Source: an uncultured Actinomycetota bacterium (GTDB lineage Bacteria; Actinomycetota; Actinomycetes; JAHEKZ01). From it: a stretch of DNA of 64,000 nucleotides. The stretch covers positions 1,888,001-1,952,000 of the forward strand of contig CAWHIJ010000003.1 of assembly GCA_963829525.1 (NCBI GenBank), read 5' to 3'. The notes under the pieces are model-generated. The model saw nothing but the letters and a program-made list of their open reading frames with translations. It did no database searches and had not been told where the DNA came from. Made by a program: the position numbers and the translations under genes. Shown in pieces: positions 28,676 to 35,977 of the stretch (position 1 is its first letter; every line of letters begins with the position of its first letter).

Positions 28676-30343
28676 CTAGACGACGACGCGCAGGATCTCG
28701 TCGATCGTGGTGACCCCGCTGGCGACTTTGAGCATCCCGTCGTCGCGCAGGGTGCGCATGCCTTCGGCCCGCGCCGTCTCGGAGATGACCGTCGCCGAGG
28801 CGTGCTCGACCGCGTGGCGCTCAACGGCCTCCGAGACCGCCATCACTTCGTGCAGAGCCAGGCGACCTCGATAGCCGGTCTTCGAACATGCGGTGCACCC
28901 GACCGCCCGGTAGAGGGTAGGAAGCTCTTGCCCGTCCACCCAGGGAAAGCGAGCCTGCACCAGTGCGTCGGGTGTCGGTTGGTATGCCTCCTTGCACTTC
29001 GAGCAGAGCCGGCGAGCCAGACGCTGGGCCAGGACGCAGTCCAGGGCCGACCCCACCAGAAATGGCTCGAGCCCCATCTCGGTGAGCCGGGTGACGGCCG
29101 ACGGGGCGTCGTTGGTGTGCAGGGTCGAGAGAACGAGGTGACCGGTCAGGGCCGCTTCCACTGCGATCTGGGCGGTCTCGTGGTCGCGGATCTCACCGAT
29201 CAGAACGATGTCGGGGTCACAGCGAAGGATCGACCGCAGCGCCGCGGCGAAGGTGAGGCCAGCCTTGGTATTGGTCTGCACCTGGTTGATGCCAGGAAGC
29301 CGGTACTCGACCGGGTCCTCAACGGTGATGACATTGACCTCGGGGCGGGCGATCTGGTTGAGCGTCGCGTAGAGCGTCGTGGACTTTCCCGAACCGGTCG
29401 GTCCAGTCACCAAAATCATGCCGTATGGCTTGGAGAAGCTCCGGGCAAAGACTTCGCTGTTGAACTCCGAGAACCCCAGGTCTGACAAGGCCATTTGTGC
29501 ATTGGAGTTGTCCAGGATTCGCATGACGACCTTCTCGCCCCAGACAGTAGGGAGCGTCGCAACGCGAAGGTCGATCTTCTTTCCTTGGTGATTGACCGAG
29601 AGTCGTCCGTCCTGGGGAACGCGTCGCTCGGCGATGTTGATGTCCGACATGATCTTCAGGCGGCTGATGACCCCAGACTGGATGTTCTTCGGTGACTTCA
29701 TCACCTCATGCAGCACGCCATCGATCCGGTACCGCACGACCAGGGAGTGCTCGTTCGGCTCGAGGTGGATGTCGGAGGCTCGGTCCTGGATCGCCTGGGT
29801 GATGAGCAAGTTGACGAACTTGACGATCGGGGCGTCCTCGACCACCTCCTTCAGCCCAGCGAGGTCCTCCTCGTCCTCGTCACCGTGCATGACGGCGGTG
29901 AGGTCGTCGAGGTCGGAGTCGGCGCGGAAGTACCTGTCGATGGCGCCCAGGACGTCGGCTCGTGTGGCGACGACTGGTCGGACCTCGAGGCCGGTGATCG
30001 AGCGGATGTCGTCGATCGCGAAGACGTTCGCCGGATCGGCCATGGCGACCAGCAGCTTGCCCTCATCGTCGATCCGCAGGGGCAGGGCGGAGTGCTTGCG
30101 GCAGATGGCTCCCGAGACCCTGGCGATGATGCTTCCGTCGACGGGGTAGTCGCCCAGGTCGACGAACTCAAGACCGATCTGTTGGGCGAGCGCGGCTACG
30201 AGCTGCGACTCGGTCAGAACGCCCTGGTCGACGAGGACCCGGCCGAGAGCCTTGCCCTGTTCCTTGTGCTCGCGAAACGCAGCGAAGAGCTGGTCCTCGG
30301 TGACCAGACCGTCCTGCAACAGGATGTCGCCCAGCTGCTTCAC
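28676..30343 (-). CDS. pilB: Pilus extension ATPase PilB with an MshEN-like N-terminus
   Basis: ASDIHLEP, AERRVPQDG, GPTGSGKSTTLY, EDPVEY, CSKC/CTAC zinc motif, GYRGR. Confidence 0.95.
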   Translation of the reverse strand: MKQLGDILLQDGLVTEDQLFAAFREHKEQGKALGRVLVDQGVLTESQLVAALAQQIGLEFVDLGDYPVDGSIIARVSGAICRKHSALPLRIDDEGKLLVAMADPANVFAIDDIRSITGLEVRPVVATRADVLGAIDRYFRADSDLDDLTAVMHGDEDEEDLAGLKEVVEDAPIVKFVNLLITQAIQDRASDIHLEPNEHSLVVRYRIDGVLHEVMKSPKNIQSGVISRLKIMSDINIAERRVPQDGRLSVNHQGKKIDLRVATLPTVWGEKVVMRILDNSNAQMALSDLGFSEFNSEVFARSFSKPYGMILVTGPTGSGKSTTLYATLNQIARPEVNVITVEDPVEYRLPGINQVQTNTKAGLTFAAALRSILRCDPDIVLIGEIRDHETAQIAVEAALTGHLVLSTLHTNDAPSAVTRLTEMGLEPFLVGSALDCVLAQRLARRLCSKCKEAYQPTPDALVQARFPWVDGQELPTLYRAVGCTACSKTGYRGRLALHEVMAVSEAVERHAVEHASATVISETARAEGMRTLRDDGMLKVASGVTTIDEILRVVV

Positions 30344-30410
30344 GCCAACGCCCTCCACCCTCGGCCGCCCCACAGGGGTTTGTCCCCCGGGCCCCGATGT
30401 CTTGCACTAG

Positions 30411-30436
30411 ATCGGCCGATCATGAGCGGGCTTGAG
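30411..30436 (-). promoter_or_regulatory. sigma28-type promoter for pilB
   Basis: Minus strand CTCAAG-N14-GCCGAT. Confidence 0.65.
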
Positions 30437-30459
30437 CGAACCGGCTTCCAGGAGGCCAT

Positions 30460-30771
30460 TTAGCCGCCGACCAGGGTGCGAGCAACCGCCCAAAAGGCGC
30501 CGACCCGAGGGTCGCCGGCGGCAAGCTCGTGACCCGAACCGTCGGCGAAGCCCAGGTAGACCCCACTCCGCGCAGGCTCCGGCGCCGCAGCCGGAGGAGC
30601 GTGGTCGGGCGCGGGAGCAGCCTCGAGCAGGTATTCGCTTCCCTGCTGCGGAGGCACCCCCGGCGCGGCTGAGGTCTGGGTTGGCGGGGCTTGGATCGTC
30701 GGCGTCGGCCGGCCCGCGGCGTGTCGTCCCTTCGGTGGTGCTTCGGGCGAGCGGCGGGAGAGCCAGCGCAT
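30460..30771 (-). CDS. Small hypothetical protein (103 aa)
   Basis: ATG ORF 17 nt downstream of the GTPase gene; Pro-rich N-terminus and a compact C-terminus GVYLGFADGSGHELAAGDPRVGAFWAVARTL. Confidence 0.55.
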   Translation of the reverse strand: MRWLSRRSPEAPPKGRHAAGRPTPTIQAPPTQTSAAPGVPPQQGSEYLLEAAPAPDHAPPAAAPEPARSGVYLGFADGSGHELAAGDPRVGAFWAVARTLVGG

Positions 30772-30788
30772 GAATGATCCGTCCGGCG

Positions 30789-31364
30789 TCAGACGCCCGC
30801 GGTTGCCGTTTCGACCTCGTCCAAGACCGAGTACAGCAGCGCAAGCAGAACCGCCTTGACCGACTCCTTGTCGGTGGCGTCACATGGCACGAGCGCAACA
30901 GAGCTGTCGACGCCCAGCGTCTGACGGATCCGGGCCTCCTCCACTTCGTCGACGCCGGTCGTGCGGTTCAGAGCCACGACGAACGGGACGCGCGCCATCC
31001 GACGGAAGGCGTCGAGGATGCCGACCGCCTCGGCGAGCGAGTCCGGCCGGTTGGCATCGAGAAGCAGGACGTAGCCGAGCATGCCCTCGCCGAGGATCTC
31101 CCACATGAAGTCGAAGCGCTCTTGACCAGGTGTACCGAACAAATAGAGGACGAGCTCGCGGTCGATGGTGATACGGCCGAAGTCCATCGCCACGGTGGTC
31201 TCGTTCTTGCGTGACCGCGTGCTGTCGGAGATCCCACGCTCGGTCGAGAGCACAGTGATCTCGCTGATCGTGCGGATCAGCGTGGTCTTGCCGGCGGCGA
31301 ACGGTCCGGTGATCACCACCTTGACGGCCTGCCCACCGTGTCGACGGCGTTGTTTGGTTGCCAT
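30789..31364 (-). CDS. MglA-like small Ras-superfamily GTPase (ATP/GTP-binding protein)
   Basis: KVVITGPFAAGKTT (G1), TTVAMDFGR (G2), LFGTPGQERFDFMW (G3), VVALNR (G4). Confidence 0.9.
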   Translation of the reverse strand: MATKQRRRHGGQAVKVVITGPFAAGKTTLIRTISEITVLSTERGISDSTRSRKNETTVAMDFGRITIDRELVLYLFGTPGQERFDFMWEILGEGMLGYVLLLDANRPDSLAEAVGILDAFRRMARVPFVVALNRTTGVDEVEEARIRQTLGVDSSVALVPCDATDKESVKAVLLALLYSVLDEVETATAGV

Positions 31365-31365
31365 G

Positions 31366-32672
31366 TCAGAGCCCCCGGACGCCGGCGATGAGGCGCAGCA
31401 TGAGGCTGCGGTTGACGGTGGGATCACGTTCGATGGCGCTGTCGCCGGCCGGAGCAGCGGCTGTGGCCACGCCTGCAGCACCGCCTGCTCCCCCGACCGA
31501 ACCTCCCGAGAGGGGCGCGGGCATGCCGGGCCCTCCTCCGACCGAAGTGGCGGCCGTCCCCGTTCCGGCAACGACTGGCGATGCGAATCCGGGGGCGCGA
31601 CCCGGTTCTGGATGGTCGACATCACGCGGAGGAAGGAAAGGCTCAGGGCGCGGTGGGACGACCTTGGCCGGGTCGTGCGCGCCCGGCAGCAGACCCGGGT
31701 CGGCTGTGGCAGCTGCCGGAGCGGGAACCGAGACGGGTGGGGCCGGTTGCGGCATCGGTACGGTCGGCGCAGTCGGAGGCGAGCGGGCCGCCGGCCGTTG
31801 CCGGAATGGTCGCGTCAGGAATGACCAGCCCCTGTGGCTGACCAGGGAAGGCACCATTGCCCGGTGGCCCCCTGAGGGGCGGCCGACTCAGCTGGCGGTG
31901 TGGCTGCGGCTGCTTCCAGCGGCGCCAGCAGTTGCTGCCGGCGCATGACGAGCGAGACGTGGTCGGGGCTTTCCTCGTCCCGCAGGACGAGCAGACCTCG
32001 CTGGATCAGCGTGGCCAGCGTCGAGACACGACGGTGTACTGCCCGGCGCCGGAGACCTCGACGAGGTCACCGACCGAGCGAGTTCCGTCGATGAGAGCAA
32101 GCAGTGCCCACTCGTCGCGTTCCAAAGTCGTGTTCTCCGGCAGCACCACGGGCATGGTCAGCACCACGTCAGGGCTTGGAATCAGCCGTGACAGGGCCTC
32201 CCAAGACTCCCGTCGAGTCGTTGCCTCACCGACGATCTGCTCGGCGGGGACGACGAGCCCCACTTCGTCAGGGTTCTCCTCGCCCATGCCGAAGGCGAAG
32301 TCGCCGTTCGGCCATCGCAGCAGATCGAAGACGGCATCGACAGTCTGCTCCAGCGCCAGTCGCTGCACGCAGTGCGCTGTCGACCGATCCGGCCTCGACC
32401 AGAGCTCGGGCGACGCCTGCACCGTCGGCAACAGCACGTTCAACGGCACGCCGCAGAGCCGCGTCGTCGGCGGCACCCAGGCCGACAAGACGACGGGCGA
32501 GGGCTTGTCGGGCGATGTCGGAGACTGCACCGGTGACCATGCCGTCAGCGAAGAAGACCACGCCGGAGACCTGACCGTTGGTCAGGTGAAGTCCTCCGGA
32601 CTTCTTCGTCAGGCTGAGCAGCTGGAAGACGTCCGGAAGACTGAAGGCGTCGAGCGAACCTTCGAGCTTCAC
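31366..32672 (-). CDS. DUF4388 (PATAN-like) domain protein, frameshifted
   Basis: MKLEGSLDAFSLPDVFQLLSLTKKSGGLHL, VFDLLRWPNGDFAF, EWALLALIDGTRSVGDL, Pro-rich linker, C-terminal RDPTVNRSLMLRLIAGVRGL*; spread over about four frames. Confidence 0.75.
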
Positions 32673-32727
32673 GTCAGGTCACGATCCTTTGATGACAGGA
32701 GTGGCGAGGGTGGGAGTGAGTGGCCGG

Positions 32728-33433
32728 TCAGGACCAGGAGCTGCCGTCGGATGCCACAACTGCTGGCCGACGATCTTCTGGCTGGACCGGGGTGAGGTGC
32801 GGGAACCGGTCGTCGGACGAGGGAGTCCGCTCCGAGGCGTGCTGGGGCGTCGGTTCGGGCTGCACCTGAACAGGTTGGGTCTGCACCTGCTGCATGCTGA
32901 ACCGGGACGGGCTGCACCTGCTGCGGCTGAACCGGGACGGGTTGCACCTGCTGCGGCTGAACCTGTTGGGTCTGTACCTGCTGCGGCTCAGGCGCAACGT
33001 TGACCAGGGCCGGTAGGGGCTCCACGTCGATCCGGAGGGACGTGCCAACCGCACCGGCAGCCTGCTTGACCTCGAACAGCATCAGGCCGACCTTGGCGCC
33101 GACGCGACCGACCGCGACCAGAACGGCCTCGTCGTCAGCGCTGACCAAGAATACTGTGCCGTTGTCGCCCTCGACGTACACCTGGGAGAGGTCACCGCGA
33201 CCAAGCCCCTGCGCGGCACGTTCGCCGAGAGAGAGCAGGGCCGCCGACATCGCGGCGACCCGATCCTCGTCCATGCCGGCCGGAAGCGCCGATGCCATCG
33301 GCAGGCCGTCGAAAGAGACGACCGCTGCAGCCTCGATGTCTGGGGCCTGGCGCAGCAGCGCCCCCAGAATCTGGTCGAGCTGAAGCGAACGTCCTGCGGC
33401 ACCGCTGAGTGCGGCGGCGTAGGGATCTGACAT
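32728..33433 (-). CDS. Roadblock/LC7 (MglB-like) protein with a Gln/Pro repeat tail
   Basis: IEAAAVVSFDGLPMAS, DRVAAMSAALLSLGERAA, QVYVEGDNG, KVGLMLFEVK. A 1-nt insertion in the repeat (~32894) shifts the frame; restoring it gives ...GSSWS* at 32728. Confidence 0.85.
32865..32990 (-). repeat. 30-bp degenerate tandem repeat encoding (QPQQVQPVPV)-like units
   Basis: Plus-strand units resembling CTGCACCTGCTGCGGCTGAACCGGGACGGG, about four copies. Confidence 0.8.
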
Positions 33434-33497
33434 GGTGCACCTCTCGCGATCGGACCGCGTCGCCGGTCGGGAGAGCCGACCGGACCTTAGAGGGTGC

Positions 33498-33524
33498 TTC
33501 GGCTGTGTTACTGGTCCTCTTGAG
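33498..33524 (-). promoter_or_regulatory. sigma28-type promoter for the roadblock-DUF4388-GTPase operon (overlaps the aroE 3' end)
   Basis: Minus strand CTCAAG-N15-GCCGAA. Confidence 0.7.
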
Positions 33525-34380
33525 CGATTTCGCCGCTACCGGCAGAAGCGGACGGTCCTGGCATCCCTCGCTCTGCCAGCGCTGCCAGTCCCGCGGTCCG
33601 AAGGCAGGCGATGGAGGGTCTACGGCCGGTCATCAGGGCCACTTGTTCGACCGCCTGGCGGACGAGCAGCTCAAGTCCCCCAACCACGCGACCTCCTGCT
33701 GCCTCCCACGCTGCCGCCAGCGGCGTCGGCCAGGGGTGGTAGAGCACATCCACCAGCAGGCCGGGCGAGGCTGGTGTCGGGATGGTCGCGGCCACACCGG
33801 CCGGCACCGTGCTCACGACGACGTCACCGCCAAGCGCTTCGGCCGTCGGGGGCCAGGTCCCACCGTCGCTTGCCAGTCCGAGGTCTTTGGCGAGGGCGCC
33901 CAGCTCAGTGACTGCCTCTGGACGGCGAGCGATGACCACAACCTTCGCGACCCCGACTTCGGCGAGAGCAGCGACTGCCGAGCGCGCCGTGGCGCCGGCC
34001 CCCACAATGGTCACCGTGCTTGCCCCACCGACCTGGGCATCGGCGAAGATCGCCTGCAGACCGGTGATGTCGGTGTTCAAACCCGCGCGATTCGGCCCGT
34101 CAAGCAGCACAGTGTTCACCGCGCGCACTTTGGCGGCTTGCGGATCGACCTCGGTGAGCAGCTCCAAAGCCGCCTCCTTGAGCGGCATGGTGAGCGAGAG
34201 CCCCACCCATTCAGGCCCGAGGGAGGCCAAATAGCCAGGGAGTTCCTCTGCCGTCACATCGACCGCTGTGTACTTCCAATCCAGGCCGAGCTCGTCGTAG
34301 GCGGCTCGGTGCAGCACTGGCGAGAGTGAGTGATCGATCGGGTGGCCGAGGACGGCCGCTCGTCGGGTATGCCTCGGCAT
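33508..34380 (-). CDS. aroE: Shikimate dehydrogenase
   Basis: VLGHPIDHSLSPVLH, SLTMPLK, AVNT, NTDITG, GAGATARSA. Confidence 0.93.
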   Translation of the reverse strand: MPRHTRRAAVLGHPIDHSLSPVLHRAAYDELGLDWKYTAVDVTAEELPGYLASLGPEWVGLSLTMPLKEAALELLTEVDPQAAKVRAVNTVLLDGPNRAGLNTDITGLQAIFADAQVGGASTVTIVGAGATARSAVAALAEVGVAKVVVIARRPEAVTELGALAKDLGLASDGGTWPPTAEALGGDVVVSTVPAGVAATIPTPASPGLLVDVLYHPWPTPLAAAWEAAGGRVVGGLELLVRQAVEQVALMTGRRPSIACLRTAGLAALAERGMPGPSASAGSGEIAQEDQ

Positions 34381-35507
34381 CACGGCACCTGGTCGTAGAA
34401 CTCGTCCTTGTACTGCAAGAACTCCTGATAGTCGGCGGTGAACTGGGTCTTGTCACTCTCCGGTGACACGGCGACGAAGTACAACCAGTCACCCTGAGGC
34501 GGTGCGATTGCCGCTGCCATCGCCGCCTCCCCTGGGGAGTTGATCGGACCCGGCGGGAGGCCCGCGTTGACATAGGTGTTGTACGGCGAGTCAACGGCGA
34601 GCTGGTCGTTCTCGAGGGTGAGGTCGTCGGAGCCGAGTGCGTAGTTGATGGTCGAGTCGAAACCAAGCGTCATTCCGAGGTTGAGCCGGTTGGCCACCAC
34701 CCGCGAGGCTTTCCCGAAGTCGCGCTCGGCCACCTCGGCCTGAACCAGGCTGGCGACGGTCAACGCCTCGCGCGGGCTGTAGCCAGCAGCGGCGGCGCCC
34801 TCGACGAGCCCGACGTCGGCGGCCGCCTGCTCGAAGCGATCCACCATGGCCGTCAACATTTCGACGGCCGACGTATCAGGATCGAAGGTGTACGTCGCGG
34901 GGAACAGGAATCCCTCTGCGCTGCCCTCGGCGTAGTCGGGGAGCCCCAGCCGGCGTGGGTCTTGCAGCGCGCGTCGAAGTCAGACTCGGGCAGCCCGCTG
35001 GCTTCCGCCAGGCGTTGGACCGTGTCGGTCAGCCGAAGCCCTTCGGGGATGGCGACCTCAGTCTGCACCCGCGCCGCTGGATCGAGCAGGCGCTCGAGCG
35101 CACCCTGGCCCGACATCTGTTCGAGCATCGAGTAGGAGCCTGGCTGAGATCCCAAGTGCGCGGTCGTCGCTCGCAGCAGCATCGACGAACGCAGCGGCAC
35201 TGGCGACAACGTCGGCGTCGGCCAAGGTCGCGCCGATCGCAGAGGAGGAGTCTCCAGGCGCCACCTCGATGACGACCTGGCCGCTGCCCGGTCCCGGGTA
35301 GTCCGCTCCTAGGCCGAACCCGCTGAGGGTGCCGCCCAACAAGCGCATTCCCACCCACGCTCCCCAACCAACAACCCGAGCAGGATCACGACGACCAGCG
35401 CAGGATGGGCCCGGCGCCGCCGCTGGCCAGGAGGCCCGGGCGCAGGATGGTGCGGCGCCGTCGAAGCGGTCACAGCTGGTCTCCTCGTTCTGGGTCGATT
35501 CGCTCAC
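34380..35507 (-). CDS. mltG: Endolytic transglycosylase MltG (frameshifted)
   Basis: DYPGPGSGQVVIEVAPGDS, VAIPEGLR, ASLVQAE, NRLNLGMTLGFDST, SPYNTY, GLPPGPINSPG, WLYFVAV across several frames. Confidence 0.85.
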
Positions 35508-35970
35508 CGAGCCCACTGTCCAACACAGCTCCACAATCGACGCCTCGTGCGGCACGCGCGTCGAGAACCCCCTGCAACAGTGCCGTGGCGGCGGCCTGAT
35601 CCACCACCCGGCGCGCCGAACGAGAGTCGTGGCCTCCGGCACGCAGCGCGGCGCCGGCCGCAACGGTCGTCAACCGCTCGTCGACCAGATAGATCGGGAC
35701 CGACAAAGCCTTGGCCAGGCCCTCCGCATACACCCGCGCTGTCTGCGCTGCGGTTCCTTCCGCCCCGGACAGCGACAGCGGAAGACCTACGATGACCCCA
35801 ACAGCCCCCCGCTCAGAGGCGATTGCCGCAACGCCGGTGACCGCGTCCTTGACACTGAGCGTGGTGACCGGAGAGGCCAGCACCTCACCCCCGTCGCTGG
35901 CAGCGACCCCAATGCGCACTGCACCGGGATCAACTGCCAACCAGACGCCAGGGACCTTGGACAACGTCAC
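35470..35970 (-). CDS. ruvX: YqgF/RuvX family nuclease
   Basis: LAVDPGAVRIGVAASD, VGLPLSLSG, VDERLTT, VDQAAA. Confidence 0.9.
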   Translation of the reverse strand: MTLSKVPGVWLAVDPGAVRIGVAASDGGEVLASPVTTLSVKDAVTGVAAIASERGAVGVIVGLPLSLSGAEGTAAQTARVYAEGLAKALSVPIYLVDERLTTVAAGAALRAGGHDSRSARRVVDQAAATALLQGVLDARAARGVDCGAVLDSGLGERIDPERGDQL

Positions 35971-35977
35971 GGCCGCA

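Noticed and set aside
32865-32990. CRISPR-like array
   Set aside because: The units are contiguous coding repeats without unique spacers, and no cas genes are present.
30789-33433. Streptomyces-type conservon (cvnABCD)
   Set aside because: There is no sensor histidine kinase or DUF742 gene; a DUF4388 protein is present instead.
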